Below are positions 18,719-29,660 of a stretch of 64,000 nt of DNA, in pieces. The DNA is from an uncultured Spirochaetota bacterium (lineage in GTDB: Bacteria; Spirochaetota; Spirochaetia; SZUA-6; CAVTHK01). How positions within the stretch are numbered: position 1 is the first letter of the stretch; every line of letters starts with the position of its first letter. Made by a program: the position numbers and the translations under genes. The stretch is from contig CAVTHK010000001.1 of NCBI GenBank assembly GCA_963734495.1, forward strand, positions 480,001 through 544,000, in the 5' to 3' direction. The notes below the pieces were generated by a model. The model saw only the letters and a program-made list of their open reading frames with translations. It was not told the DNA's origin and ran no database searches.

Positions 18719-20239
18719 GAGGCGCCCCCGCCGATCATGGCGAGCCCGATCCGCTGCCGGGAGAACCCGGGCCGCTCGACGAGGTCCGCGATCCTCCCCC
18801 GGTGCAGGACCGCGATGCGGTCCGAGAGCAGGAGCAGCTCGTCGAGGTCCTCGTTGATCCAGAGCACCGCGCCGCCCTCGCCCCTGATCGCAGACGAGCT
18901 TGCGGAAGATGAACTCCACGGTCGCGAGGTCGAGGCCCGAGGTCGGGTTGTGGGCGACCAGGGCGCGGACCGGGCTCACGAACGCGCGGCCGATGATTGT
19001 CTTCTGGATGTTGCCGCCCGAGAGCCGGCGCATCGCGAGGCGGTCGTCCGGCGTCGCCACCGCGTATTCCGAGATCACTTGAGCGGCCGCGCGGGATGCT
19101 TCGGCCCAGTCGACGAAGAGGCGGCGCCTGCGGAAGCGCGGCCGCCGCTGGTGCCCGAGCAGCACGTTCTCGCGGATGCTCGCTTCCGGCAGGATCGCCT
19201 CGCGGACGCGGTCCTCGGGCGTGTAGGCGAGCCCGAGGCCGAAGACCTGCGCCGCCGTGAGACCGCGGAGGCTCCGGCCGTCGAGCACGATGTCGCCGGC
19301 CGCCATGCGGCGGGTGCGCGTAAAGACCTCCGCCAGCTCCTTCTCGCCGTTGCCCGAAACCGCAGCCACCCCGAGGATCTCGCCTCCGTAGAGGTCGAGC
19401 GTCACGCCGTCCAGGCCGGGGCTGCGGTCGCTGCGCGGCACGGTGACCCCGCGGAGCGACACGACAGGGGCGGCGCTGCGCGCCGCCGGCGGCAGCTCCA
19501 CCCGCGGCAGCGAGGCGTCGGTTACCCCTATGTCGCGCTCCTCGAACATCAGGCGTACCAGCGCCTGCGTGCCCATCTCGGCCCGCGAGAGCTCCCCCCG
19601 GACACGGCCTCGCCGGAGCACCGTCACCGAGCCGCACGCCTCGAGCACCTCCCGGATCTTGTGCGTGATGAGGATCACGCTCATGCCGGATGCGACCAGC
19701 GCGCGGAGGGCCGCGAGGAGCTGGCGGAACTCGGCCTCGACCAGCGACGTGGTGGGCTCGTCGAGGATCAGGAGCTTCGCTTTACGGTAGAGCGCGCGGG
19801 TGATCTCGATCTTCTGCTTGACCCCGGCCGGGAGCTCCCTGACCTTGACGTCGAGCGGGAAATCAAAGCCGAAGGAGTCGCGCAGCTCCTCGATCGCGCG
19901 GCGCGACGGGACGGCGGGGGCGCCGAGGCTCAAGTTCTCGAGGGCCGTGAACTCCTCCACGAGCGTCGACGCCTGGTGCACCATCCCGACGCCGAGCCGG
20001 ATGCTGTCCGCCGGCGAGCGGAGGACGACCCGCCGCCCCTCGAGGCGTATCTCGCCCGCGTCCGGGGCGTAGAGGCCGTAGAGGATGTTCATGAGCGTGG
20101 ACTTGCCCGCCCCGTTTTCGCCTAACAGGCCGTGGATGACGCCGCGGCCGAGCGCGAGGGAGACGTCGCTCAGGGCGGCGACGTCCCCGAAGCGCTTGTG
20201 CAAGCCGCGGAGCTCGACCAGCGGGGCGGGCGCGCCCAT
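18715..20239 (-). CDS. ABC transporter ATP-binding protein (two NBDs); one frameshift near 18892
   Basis: GENGAGKST, LILDEPT, LSGGNIQK; C-terminus GGAVLWINEDLDELLLLSDRIAVL continues in another frame. Confidence 0.9.
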
Positions 20240-20264
20240 CGCCTCAAGCGCTCGCGCGGGTGCG

Positions 20265-21281
20265 CTACGGGAGGATCGCGTCGAGGTTCTTGACCACGGT
20301 CCGCCTGCCCGAGGCCACTTCGGCCGCGACCACCTTCACCTTGTCATTGATTTCCTGAGTCGTGTTCGCGATGGGCATCTCGGTGTACCGGGCCTTGCCT
20401 TCGCCGTAGTCCATGGGGACAAAGCCGCCCTTCTCCCCTTTCGCGATGCGCTCCAGGATCTGCTTGAGCGTCACGTTGAAGTCGAAGATGTCGGAGGTGA
20501 GGTAGTTGCCGGGCGCCTCATTCTTCTTGCTCGTGTATGTGGTGGTGATCCAGACGGGCCGGCCCGCCTCCTTGGCCGCGGCGTAGATGCCGAGGTTGCC
20601 GAGGTTCACGGCGCTGATGATCACGTCGACGCCCTTGGCGATCAGGCCTTCGGCCGCCTGGCGTGCCTTGACCGGGTCGTTGAAGTCGCCGACGTAGATG
20701 TGCTCGAAGCTCGCCTTGACCCCGGAGTCGCGGATCGCCTGCTTGACCGCGTTGATCTCGCCCCGGGTGAACGGGAGCTCGAGGCCGGCGACGTAGCCGA
20801 TCCTGCCGGCTTTCGTCTGCAGCGCCGCGAGGTAACCGAGGACGTAGAAGCCGGTGTAGTAGTTGCGGTCGATGTACCAGAAGTTGGCGAGCGGCGCGTC
20901 GGGCTTGCCGTCGCCCTCCACGATGAAGATCACGTTGGGGGCCGTCGGTCCCACCTTGAACGCGGCGCTGTTGAACTGGTTGCCGTGGACCCAGATCACG
21001 TTGGAGCCCGCGTTGATGTACTCCCTGATCACGCGCTCGGCGTCCGGCACGGCGACCTTTTCGGAGAAGGACGTCTCGGCGCCCAGCGACTTCTTCGCCT
21101 GCTCGAGGGCGAGGTAGCCGAGGGCGTTGTAGTCCGCGTCCTGGATCGAGCCGGGAAAGACCCCCGCCACGCGCAGCTTCGCCTTGGCCGTGTCGCTCGT
21201 CCCTTCGGCTGCGACGAGGGCCGCAGCGAACGCGAGCAGACCGAAGGCCAGGGCCAGCGCCGTCATCCTCTTTGCGGTCAT
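20265..21281 (-). CDS. BMP family ABC substrate-binding protein
   Basis: GGAGGTG RBS; signal peptide; PGSIQDADYN, YVLGYLAA, YVGDFNDPVKARQAA. Confidence 0.9.
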   Translation of the reverse strand: MTAKRMTALALAFGLLAFAAALVAAEGTSDTAKAKLRVAGVFPGSIQDADYNALGYLALEQAKKSLGAETSFSEKVAVPDAERVIREYINAGSNVIWVHGNQFNSAAFKVGPTAPNVIFIVEGDGKPDAPLANFWYIDRNYYTGFYVLGYLAALQTKAGRIGYVAGLELPFTRGEINAVKQAIRDSGVKASFEHIYVGDFNDPVKARQAAEGLIAKGVDVIISAVNLGNLGIYAAAKEAGRPVWITTTYTSKKNEAPGNYLTSDIFDFNVTLKQILERIAKGEKGGFVPMDYGEGKARYTEMPIANTTQEINDKVKVVAAEVASGRRTVVKNLDAILP

Positions 21282-21325
21282 GGGCACCTCCAGCCGTCCA
21301 ATAGGCAGCGGCAGCGCGCCGCCTG

Positions 21326-22180
21326 TCAAGGCCGCGCGGCCCGGCGGCGCTGCCTGTCCGCCTCGTAGAGGACGACGGTCGCCGCCGCCGCCACGTTGAG
21401 CGAGTCGACCGCGCCGGACATCGGGATGGCGAAGGTCAGGTCGCACAGCTCGCGGAGGCGCGCCCCCAGGCCGCGCTTCTCGTTGCCGAGGAGCAGCACG
21501 GTCCGGCCGGACAGGTCCACGTCGTCGATCGTCACGGCCGCGCCCGGGTCGGCCCCGACGACCCGCAGCCCGCCCGAAGCCGCCCGCATGCCCGCGAGCC
21601 ATGAGAGAAGCTCGCCGGTCGAGGGGTTGACGACCAGGGGCACCGAGAACACGGCGCCCAGGCTGGCCCGCACCGCGCGCGCGTCGTAAGGGTCGGCCGC
21701 GTGCCCGAGGAGCACGACGCCGTTCGCGCCGAAGGCCGAGCAGCTCCTGATGATCGACCCGAGGTTGCCCGGGTTCGAGGGACGGTCCAGGACGACCGTC
21801 AAAGAGGCGCCGCTCGTGTCCAGCGCGGTCAGGGAGACGTCCCTCATCCCGACGACCAGCAGCAGCTCGGAGGGCTCCTCCTTGTCGCTGACCTCGTCGA
21901 GGAGCTCCGACGACATGAGCACCTGCGTCGCCTGCGGAGACCGGCGCAGCACGTCGCGGGCCCACGCGGACAGAGGCCGCTCGCCTCGGTAGATCACCGC
22001 GTGGACCGGCCATCCCCGTGCGAGCGCCTCGTTGATCGGGACGACGCCTTCGACGAGGAACTCGCCGTGCTTCCGCCTCTTGGCCCGGTTGCGCTTGAGC
22101 ACGTCGACCCACTGGTAGACGTCGTTGCGCGAGCGGACGGTTTTGCGCAGAGGCGCGTCCGCGGCTCCGGGGATGCTCAC
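21326..22180 (-). CDS. TrmH/SpoU family RNA methyltransferase
   Basis: FLVEG, NPGNLGSIIRS, LLGNEKRG, IPMSGAVDSLNVAAA; GTG 6 nt after TAGAAT. Confidence 0.93.
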   Translation of the reverse strand: MSIPGAADAPLRKTVRSRNDVYQWVDVLKRNRAKRRKHGEFLVEGVVPINEALARGWPVHAVIYRGERPLSAWARDVLRRSPQATQVLMSSELLDEVSDKEEPSELLLVVGMRDVSLTALDTSGASLTVVLDRPSNPGNLGSIIRSCSAFGANGVVLLGHAADPYDARAVRASLGAVFSVPLVVNPSTGELLSWLAGMRAASGGLRVVGADPGAAVTIDDVDLSGRTVLLLGNEKRGLGARLRELCDLTFAIPMSGAVDSLNVAAAATVVLYEADRQRRRAARP

Positions 22181-22283
22181 GCGGCGATTCTAGCGGAGAG
22201 GACAGCCGGCCACAAGCGCCGCGTCGCGGCGGGCACGTTGACCGCGAGGGCGCGCCGGCTCATTCTTCCAGGGAGGTGATCGG

Positions 22284-23061
22284 ATGAGACGTGGCGTCCT
22301 CTTCGGGCTGCTCCTGGCGCTGGTCCTTGCGGTGACGACCCGGTGCGCGGAGGTGCAGCAGGCGCTGCAGGACACCCTGGGAGGTCCGGCGGCATCCGCG
22401 CCGCAGGAGGCGAAGGGGGCGGGCCCCGGCGAGCCCCGCGGCCCCGGCCCCCGCCCCGGGCTGGGACTCGGCGCGGCTGGATACGGCGCGCCAGGCGGAA
22501 TACCTGTCGGAGACCGAAAGGGACGTCGTCTTCGAGATCAACAAGCTGCGGTCCGACCCGGCTCGATACGCGCAAGCGTACCTGGCGCCCAGGCGCGGCA
22601 GCTTCCAGGGCCGCCTCTACAAGCGGCGGGGCGAGATCGACCTGATGACGAACGAGGGCGTCGCCGCGCTCGACGAGTGCATCGCTGAGCTCGCGCGGAC
22701 GCAGCCGCGCGACCCGCTGCTGCCTTCGCGCGGCCTGTCGCGGGCCGCGTCGGACCACGCGGCCGACCAGGCGCGGACGGGCCGGACGGGCCACGACGGC
22801 AGCGACGGATCGCGCACCGATTCGCGGATCAACCGGTACGGCAGGTGGGACCGCTCGGCCGGCGAGAACATCAGCTACGGCCCCTCGCGCGCCGCCGAGA
22901 TCGTGATCCAGCTCGCGGTCGACGACGGGGTCCAGGGCCGGGGCCACCGGCGCAACCTCCTGCAGAGCGGGTTCGGCGTCGTCGGAGTCGCGGTCGACTC
23001 CCACCCGAAATTCGGAACGGTGTGCGTCATGGATTTCGCGGGGGCCTACACGGACAGATAG
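22284..23061 (+). CDS. Exported CAP/SCP domain protein; frameshift near 22440-22460
   Basis: GGGAGGTGA RBS; signal peptide; EINKLRSDP, GHDGSDG, GENI, VDDGVQGRGHRRNL. Confidence 0.85.
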
Positions 23062-23165
23062 CGGCGGCCGCCGCGGGTGCCTTCAACCTTGCTCTTTCTG
23101 CGCTCGATGCCGCGTTGCACGCCGGACGGCCTTGGTTTAGTCTGTACGCGCAGAGGGGGTTGAAC

Positions 23166-23690
23166 ATGCGAAAGTGCCTCGGCCTGTGCATCATCCTGCT
23201 CCTGTCGGCCGCGAGCTTCGCCTGGGCTCAGGACGTCACGGGGTTCTGGAAGACGATCGACGACGAAACCGGCAAGGCGAAGTCGGTCGTGGCGCTCTAC
23301 ATCTACCAGGGCCGGCTCTACGGCCGCGTGATCATGTCGTACGAACCGGACGGCGTGACTGTCCGCGACGACATCTACCGCCAGCAGAGACGCTCGCCGT
23401 TCATCGCGGGCGAGCCGGCCTTCTGCGGGCTCGACATCATGTGGGACCTCACGGAGCGCGGCGGCAGGTGGAGGGGCGGCTCGATCATGGACCCCGGCGA
23501 CCAGGACAAGAAGCCGAAGGTCTACGGCGCGGAAGTCTGGCGTCAGGGCAGCGACCTCACGGTGCGCGGCAAGATCGCGATCTTCGGCCGCAACCAGACG
23601 TGGAAGCCCTTTGCGCCGGCGGATTTCCCGGCCTCGGTCAAGGCGCCCGACACCTCGACGTTCCGCCCCGTCATCCCGGAAGTCAAGTAG
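23166..23690 (+). CDS. DUF2147 domain exported protein
   Basis: Signal peptide AWA; VTGFWKTIDDETGKAKSVV, GGSIMDP, VRGKIAIFGRNQTW. Confidence 0.88.
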   Translation: MRKCLGLCIILLLSAASFAWAQDVTGFWKTIDDETGKAKSVVALYIYQGRLYGRVIMSYEPDGVTVRDDIYRQQRRSPFIAGEPAFCGLDIMWDLTERGGRWRGGSIMDPGDQDKKPKVYGAEVWRQGSDLTVRGKIAIFGRNQTWKPFAPADFPASVKAPDTSTFRPVIPEVK

Positions 23691-23755
23691 ATCGAAGGCG
23701 CGCGCCCGAAGGCGGGGCGCGGCTCTCTCCGGGGCCGCTTCCCGCCGCGCTTACG

Positions 23756-26005
23756 TCAGTCCTCCTGGTACACCCGCATCTGGTAGAGCCGGGCCGACGG
23801 GTCCCCGTTGCTGCGCAGAATCTCCAGCCTGATCCGCCGCGAGGTCACGGCATCGAAGCGGTGAACGCGGCGGCGCTGATAGTTGCCTGCCACTTCGACC
23901 GCTCTGACCCATCCGCCTTTGGGCCCCTCGACGTAGAGGACGTAGTCGGCGGCGCATTCGGGCGTTCGAGACAGTCCCGGCGCCGACATGTGAGGGAGGT
24001 TGAGATTGGTGTCGAAGACGAGATGGACCGTGTTGAAGGTGGCGGCCTTCCCGAGGTCGTACTCGACGCTCTGCGGGAAGCCCTGGTCGGGATCTGAGAC
24101 CCAGATGTTGGTCCAATCCTCGGGACGCGTGATCCCACTGAGCAGGTTCCGGGCCTCGTAAGGCCGGGACTCCGGCGTGAGGCGCGTCGTATAGGAGCCC
24201 TTCTGCGCCGACCAGTTCTTCAGGATGCGCGAAGCGCACTGCGTGCCCGTCGGGCTCTTGTCGCTGTACCGCCAGTACACATCCTTGTCCGACTTGAGCC
24301 CGATCCAGTACAGCCCGTGCGGCTCCACGGTCGCGTTCACATCGAACCGGAGCCAGGCGAGGCTGCCGGGCGCGATCTCCGCGCTCGCCTTCGCGAGGCT
24401 CTCGGTGCTGCTGAAGTCCCAGATCGCCCTGGCCCTGTACAGGGTCAGCTCCACCTTCGCGGGCGTCGAGCGTCGGGATTCGACGAGCGCCTCGATCCGG
24501 TCGATGCGCGGGGCCGTGACCGGAAACATCTGCGCGCGCTCGTTGTCGAGGCTGGACCTGAGATAGGTGGTCTGGCGGGCGTACTCGTACTCGTACCCGA
24601 TGGTGCCTTCGGGGAACCGTAGGACGGCGCTGCTCGAGGCGCTGACGGTCGCCGTCCGCGCGAGGTCCTTCGGATCCTCGTTCGACACGTGCGGGATGTA
24701 GCAGTCCTGCTTGAGCAGCAGCTGCTGCAGCTCGGCGATCCGCTTGGGGTACAGCTCGCGCGGCAGGACCCGGTGCCTGGCGCACAGATGCGCGGCCGTG
24801 CCGACCGCCTGCCCGATGACCGCGCAGGTCGCCATCAGGCGCGTCGTGCCCAGCGCGATCTGCGTCGCGCTGATGTCCCGGCCGGCCATCATGAGGTTGG
24901 AGACGTCCTTGGCGTAGAGCGAGCGATACGGGATCGAGTAGATGTACATCTGACGGCGGTCGGTCTCCTCCAGGTTGCCGTCGAAAGTCGCCTCCGGCGG
25001 CTTTGTGCGGTTGAGGATCCCGCCCATCGTATGGACGTCGATGAACCATCCGCCGTAGGCGACCCGGTCGTCGAAGACCACGCTCCGCTTGATGTCCGAT
25101 TCGCGCAGGACGTAGTCGCCCATCACCCGCCTCGATTCGCGCTTGCCGGGCAGGGCGCCGATGAAGTCGATGAACAGGTTCTCCGCGCCGTGGTCGCCGC
25201 GGTTCTTGATGTGGTCCCAGACTCCCAGCAGGTGGCGGAGCAGCTCGTGCCGGATCTGCTCGTTGTCGCCGATCGTGTTGTAGGGAGGGTTGCCCACCTC
25301 GATCCACCAGTATCCGGACGTGACGTCCGCGTGCGTCCTGTGCAGCAGGTCCGCGTCGGTCTTGTAGACCGCAGCCCACTCGGGCGGCACGAACGGAACC
25401 GGGCGTCCCGCGTCGGAAGCGTGGAAAGCGAGGGTGCTCCCCATGGTGTAGTCGTCCGGCTCGTCCGGCGCGAGGGTCTCGCCGAACTCCGCCTTGCCCT
25501 CGCGTCCCATCCGGGTGGTCGCGCCCGCCTTGAACGCGATCGTGGCGTCTCCGGTCGCGTCGACGAACAGGTCGCCTCGGATGGTGAGCTCCTTTTCCGA
25601 GGCGAGCTGCGTGCACCTGATTTCGAGGATCTTCTTCTCGCTGCCCGCGGCCATCACCACCTCGCGGGCCATCGTGTTCAGGAACAGGTCGATGCGGGGC
25701 TCGGCGACCACGGTCTTGTACAGCACGAGGTCCCAGACGGACGTGGCCTCGCCCATCCAGACCCGCCTCGCGTTCTGCGTGCGGTCCTCCAGGTGAAGCT
25801 CTTCGAGGATCCCCGTCTCCCTGGCCCAGGGGTTGAAGTTGCAGGCCCCGCCGATCGGGACCCGGATCTCGCTGCTGGCGTTCCCTCCGAGCACGGGCCG
25901 GTCCTGCACCAGGGCGACGCTGGATCCGAGCCGGGCCGCCGAGACCGCGGCGCACAGGCCTGACAGGCCGCCGCCGACAACGACGAGATCGTACTTCTCT
26001 TTCAC
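23756..26005 (-). CDS. FAD-dependent oxidoreductase with a C-terminal discoidin/galactose-binding-like region
   Basis: DLVVVGGGLSG, DRPVLGGNASSE, VDATGD, GKRESRR, IPYRSL, TRLMATC. Confidence 0.9.
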   Translation of the reverse strand: MKEKYDLVVVGGGLSGLCAAVSAARLGSSVALVQDRPVLGGNASSEIRVPIGGACNFNPWARETGILEELHLEDRTQNARRVWMGEATSVWDLVLYKTVVAEPRIDLFLNTMAREVVMAAGSEKKILEIRCTQLASEKELTIRGDLFVDATGDATIAFKAGATTRMGREGKAEFGETLAPDEPDDYTMGSTLAFHASDAGRPVPFVPPEWAAVYKTDADLLHRTHADVTSGYWWIEVGNPPYNTIGDNEQIRHELLRHLLGVWDHIKNRGDHGAENLFIDFIGALPGKRESRRVMGDYVLRESDIKRSVVFDDRVAYGGWFIDVHTMGGILNRTKPPEATFDGNLEETDRRQMYIYSIPYRSLYAKDVSNLMMAGRDISATQIALGTTRLMATCAVIGQAVGTAAHLCARHRVLPRELYPKRIAELQQLLLKQDCYIPHVSNEDPKDLARTATVSASSSAVLRFPEGTIGYEYEYARQTTYLRSSLDNERAQMFPVTAPRIDRIEALVESRRSTPAKVELTLYRARAIWDFSSTESLAKASAEIAPGSLAWLRFDVNATVEPHGLYWIGLKSDKDVYWRYSDKSPTGTQCASRILKNWSAQKGSYTTRLTPESRPYEARNLLSGITRPEDWTNIWVSDPDQGFPQSVEYDLGKAATFNTVHLVFDTNLNLPHMSAPGLSRTPECAADYVLYVEGPKGGWVRAVEVAGNYQRRRVHRFDAVTSRRIRLEILRSNGDPSARLYQMRVYQED

Positions 26006-26145
26006 GTCTTTCCCCTTTTCGGGGCGGCGCCCCCGGGCGTCGTCCGCTGCCGCGGCGTTCGCGCGTCGCCGCGCGCGTCGCCGCGACCGCCGCGGATTAT
26101 AGCCGAAGTTGCCCGACCTGACGACTCAGGACGCCAGGGGCTCGA

Positions 26146-27171
26146 TCACGGAGCGCCTGGATCAGCTGCGATGCTCACTTCGCGGCGCTCCCGCAGCGAG
26201 CGGTCGATGGCGTCCACCACCTCCACCGCGGGCAGGGCCTCCCGCGGGCCGACGATCGGCCGGCTTCCGGTCACGATGCAGCGGATGAAGGCGCTGAGCT
26301 CCTCGTAGAACGTGCCTCCGGTCTCGCCGTTGACCTCGGGCCAGTGGATCGTGTCTGGAAAGTCGACCTTGCCCTCGGCCACGACGTGCAGCCCCGCGTC
26401 GCAGGAGTCCAGGTACAGGGCGCCCCGCGTGCCCACGATCTCCATCTTGTCGTCCAGGCCCGTCGGAGAGCTCGAGGGAAGGACCCAGCAGGCCTCGATG
26501 CAGGCGAGCAGCCCGCTGTCGTAGCTCACTAGCGCGATGATCGTGTCGCGCATGCCCCAGCTCCTGAGGAGGACCTCCCGGCTTCTGGCGAACACGCTGA
26601 CGGCCCTCGCGCCCGAGACCCAGTTGATGTAGTCCGCGTCGTGGACCATCAGGTGGATGTGGGTGTCGGTGTGGCCGCGGTACATGGCGGCGCCCGCGAT
26701 GGTGCTGTTGCGCCGGCAGGCGACGTGGATCAGATCGCCGATCTCCCCCGCTGCGATGCTGTCCCTGGCCATCGTGTGGCGCGGGTCGAAGCGGAGCGTG
26801 TGGCCGACCATGAACGTGCGGCCATATCCCTCCGCCAGCCGGCAGATCGCGCGGGCGTCGGCGAGAGTCGACGCGAGCGGCTTTTCCAGCAGGATGTGCT
26901 TGCCTGCGGCGACCGCGGACCTGCTCGCCTCGAGGTGGCTGTCGTCCGGCAGCACGATGCTGACCGCGTCGACAGCGGGATCCTGCAGCAGGTGCCGGTA
27001 GTCCGCGACGACGCGGCAGCCGAAGCGTTTGCCCGCCTCGCTCGCTCGCCGCGCGTCGAGGTCGCAGACCGCCGCGAGCTCCACGCCCGGCATCCGGTGG
27101 TAGACCTGTGCGTGCTTGATGCCGGCCCTGCCGAGCCCGATGACGCCGACCGAGACCGCGTCGCCCTTCAT
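26146..27171 (-). CDS. Gfo/Idh/MocA family oxidoreductase
   Basis: GVIGLG, HILLEKP, VGHTLRF, HDAD. Confidence 0.92.
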   Translation of the reverse strand: MKGDAVSVGVIGLGRAGIKHAQVYHRMPGVELAAVCDLDARRASEAGKRFGCRVVADYRHLLQDPAVDAVSIVLPDDSHLEASRSAVAAGKHILLEKPLASTLADARAICRLAEGYGRTFMVGHTLRFDPRHTMARDSIAAGEIGDLIHVACRRNSTIAGAAMYRGHTDTHIHLMVHDADYINWVSGARAVSVFARSREVLLRSWGMRDTIIALVSYDSGLLACIEACWVLPSSSPTGLDDKMEIVGTRGALYLDSCDAGLHVVAEGKVDFPDTIHWPEVNGETGGTFYEELSAFIRCIVTGSRPIVGPREALPAVEVVDAIDRSLRERREVSIAADPGAP

Positions 27172-27280
27172 CCTCGCCTCCGTCGTGGCATCCTAACCCC
27201 ACGGCGACATGTGGACCAGCAGCGCGGCGTCCGTTGCTATCTTGAGATCCGGAAGCGGCTTGCGTCGCAGGGGGTCCTCG

Positions 27281-27856
27281 ATGGGCAAAGGAAGAATGGA
27301 GGCGTTCAGCGACGCCGTGATGGCGATCATCATGACGATCATGGTGCTCGAGCTCCGGGCGCCGCGCGGGACCGAGCTCGCCGCGCTGTCCTCGCTCGTT
27401 CCGCAGTTTCTATGCTACGCGCTGAGCTTCGTCTTTCTGGGAATCTACTGGAGCAACCATCATCACCTCCTGCAGGCGACGAAGCACGTCGGCGGACGCG
27501 TCCTCTGGGCCAACCTGCACCTGCTGTTCTGGCTGTCGCTGATCCCGTTTGCCACGTCCTGGGTGGGCGAGAACCACATTGCCGCCTGGCCGGTGGCGCT
27601 CTACGGGGTGATCCTGCTGCTTGCCGCGGTCGCCTACTTCATCCTGGCGAGGTCGCTGATCGCCCTCCACGGCGCCGACTCGGTCGTGGCGACCGCGCTC
27701 GGCCGCGACTTCAAGGGCAAGGCGTCCATCGCGATCTACGCGGCGGCAATCCCGCTCGCGTTCGTCAGCACCTGGCCCGCCTTCGGGCTGTACGTCGTGG
27801 TCGCGCTGATCTGGCTCGTCCCCGACCGGCGCATCGAGACGACGCTGGCCGGCTAA
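27281..27856 (+). CDS. TMEM175 family (DUF1211) potassium channel
   Basis: RMEAFSDAV (RxxxFSD), IYWSNHH, NLHLLFWLSLIPF. Confidence 0.93.
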   Translation: MGKGRMEAFSDAVMAIIMTIMVLELRAPRGTELAALSSLVPQFLCYALSFVFLGIYWSNHHHLLQATKHVGGRVLWANLHLLFWLSLIPFATSWVGENHIAAWPVALYGVILLLAAVAYFILARSLIALHGADSVVATALGRDFKGKASIAIYAAAIPLAFVSTWPAFGLYVVVALIWLVPDRRIETTLAG

Positions 27857-27990
27857 AGAGCCGAGGGGCGCCGGCGACGACGCTTCGACAGGGGAGCTCC
27901 GCAACTTGCCCCGCTCGACGCTTCGCGCTATCGTGGCCGCGAGGACGGCCGCTTCCCGCGAGTGGACCGCCCCGACAAAGGAGGACGGCA

Positions 27991-28809
27991 GTGGCATCCA
28001 AACGCAACCTGGTAACGGTCTTCACCAAGCCCTGGCCCGAGAAGAGCCTTCCCGAGCTCGCCGATTACGTGGCGGGCCTCGGCCTCGACGGCATCGAGCT
28101 GCCCGTGCGGCCCGGCTTCCAGGTGACGCCGGAAAAGGTGACCGCCGAGCTGCCCAGGGCCGCGAAGGTCTTCAAGGAACGCGGGCTGGCGATCCGCAGC
28201 GTGGCCGGTCCCGAAGACGAGCCGACGGTCCGCGCGATGGGCGAGGCGGGCATCCCGATCCTGCGCACCATGGCGAAGATCGACATGAAGGTCGGCTACC
28301 TCAAGTCGATCGACGAGATGCGCAAGCGCTGGGACGCCCTGATGCCCGCGCTGGACAGGAACAAGGTGACGATCGGCGTGCAGAACCACTGCGACTACTT
28401 CGTCGGCAGCGCGATGGGACTCGTCGCCCTGGTCGGGAAGTACGACCGCAGATACGTGGCTGCGGTCCTGGACCCGGCGCACTGCGGGCTCGCGGGCGAG
28501 CCCGACGACCTGGCGATCGACGTCGCCTGGCCCCACCTCGTGTTGGTCAATCTCAAGAGCGGCTTCCAGCGCATGATCACCGGCCCCGAGGTCGAGGACG
28601 TCCAGTGGAAGAAGTACTGGACCACGGGCCGCTTCGGCGTCACGTCGTGGCCCCGGGTGATCAAAGACCTCGCAAAGCGGGGGTATGGCGGCGACTACTG
28701 CCTGACCGCCGAGTACAGCAACCCCGACGGCTCCGGCGACCTCAAGGGTGACGCGGTCGATCGACTGATCAAGGACGACATCGCGCTGGCGCGGTCGCTG
28801 ATCGGCTAA
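27991..28809 (+). CDS. Sugar phosphate isomerase/epimerase (xylose isomerase-like TIM barrel)
   Basis: AAAGGAGG RBS and GTG start; VFTKPW, GLDGIELPVRPG, QNH, DPAH. Confidence 0.85.
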   Translation: MASKRNLVTVFTKPWPEKSLPELADYVAGLGLDGIELPVRPGFQVTPEKVTAELPRAAKVFKERGLAIRSVAGPEDEPTVRAMGEAGIPILRTMAKIDMKVGYLKSIDEMRKRWDALMPALDRNKVTIGVQNHCDYFVGSAMGLVALVGKYDRRYVAAVLDPAHCGLAGEPDDLAIDVAWPHLVLVNLKSGFQRMITGPEVEDVQWKKYWTTGRFGVTSWPRVIKDLAKRGYGGDYCLTAEYSNPDGSGDLKGDAVDRLIKDDIALARSLIG

Positions 28810-28823
28810 AGGGATCACGAGCG

Positions 28824-29624
28824 ATGTTCACGCTGCGCCTGCGCGAGCAGCGGCTGGAGACGGACGGCAGCGGTCACCGCGGATGGAGGCACGTCGCGCG
28901 CGAGGTGAGCCTGCGCGAGGCGGAGACCGCGGTCGTGATCTGCGACGTCTGGGACCGGCATTGGTGCCGCGGCGCGGTCGAGCGCCTGGAGTCGATGCTC
29001 GACCGCATGTGCGACGCCGTCTCGGCGGCGCGGGAGGCCGGCGCGCTGATCGTGCACGCGCCCTCCGACACCATGGCGGCCTACGCCGGCTCGCCCGCCC
29101 GGGCCCGCGCGCTCGCCGCCCCGGCCGTCGAGCCGCCGCAGGACCTGCCGCACGCCGACCCGCCGCTGCCGGTCGACGCCTCCGACGGCGGCTGCGACAC
29201 CGACGGCAACGTCGCGGGCCCCGACCGCCGCGTGTGGACCCGGCAGCACCCGCGCCTCGCGATCGACGAGGCGCGGGACGCGATCAGCGACAACGGCCGC
29301 GAGATCTACTCGCTCCTGCGGAGCCGCGGCATCGGCCACGTGCTTCTGATGGGCGTGCACACCAACATGTGCATCCTCAACCGCACCTTCGCGATCAAGC
29401 AGATGGTGCGCTGGGGCGTCGACACGATGCTCTGCCGCGACCTCACCGACGCGATGTACAATCCTGCTCTCCGGCCCTACGTCAGCCACGAGCAGGGCAC
29501 GCACCTGGTCATCGAGCACATCGAGAAGTTCTGGTGCCCGACCTTCGCGAGCGCGGATCTCGTCGGCCGCTCGGCCGACCGGGCGCGGCCCGGCACCGGA
29601 CTCGTGGACGTCCTCGGCCGTTAA
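28824..29624 (+). CDS. Isochorismatase/nicotinamidase-like cysteine hydrolase
   Basis: TAVVICDVWDRHWC, GVHTNMCIL, RDLTDAMY, HIEKFWCPT. Confidence 0.85.
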   Translation: MFTLRLREQRLETDGSGHRGWRHVAREVSLREAETAVVICDVWDRHWCRGAVERLESMLDRMCDAVSAAREAGALIVHAPSDTMAAYAGSPARARALAAPAVEPPQDLPHADPPLPVDASDGGCDTDGNVAGPDRRVWTRQHPRLAIDEARDAISDNGREIYSLLRSRGIGHVLLMGVHTNMCILNRTFAIKQMVRWGVDTMLCRDLTDAMYNPALRPYVSHEQGTHLVIEHIEKFWCPTFASADLVGRSADRARPGTGLVDVLGR

Positions 29625-29660
29625 AGCCGACCGGCGCCGCCGCCGCCGGCCGGCGTGGCC

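Noticed and set aside
17648-20239. 863-aa ABC ATPase-permease fusion
   Set aside because: Artefact of one indel near 18892; the ATPase C-terminus and stop are in another frame and overlap the permease GTG
26061-26084. 12-bp tandem repeat in the oxidoreductase leader
   Set aside because: Only two almost pure-GC copies; unremarkable at this base composition
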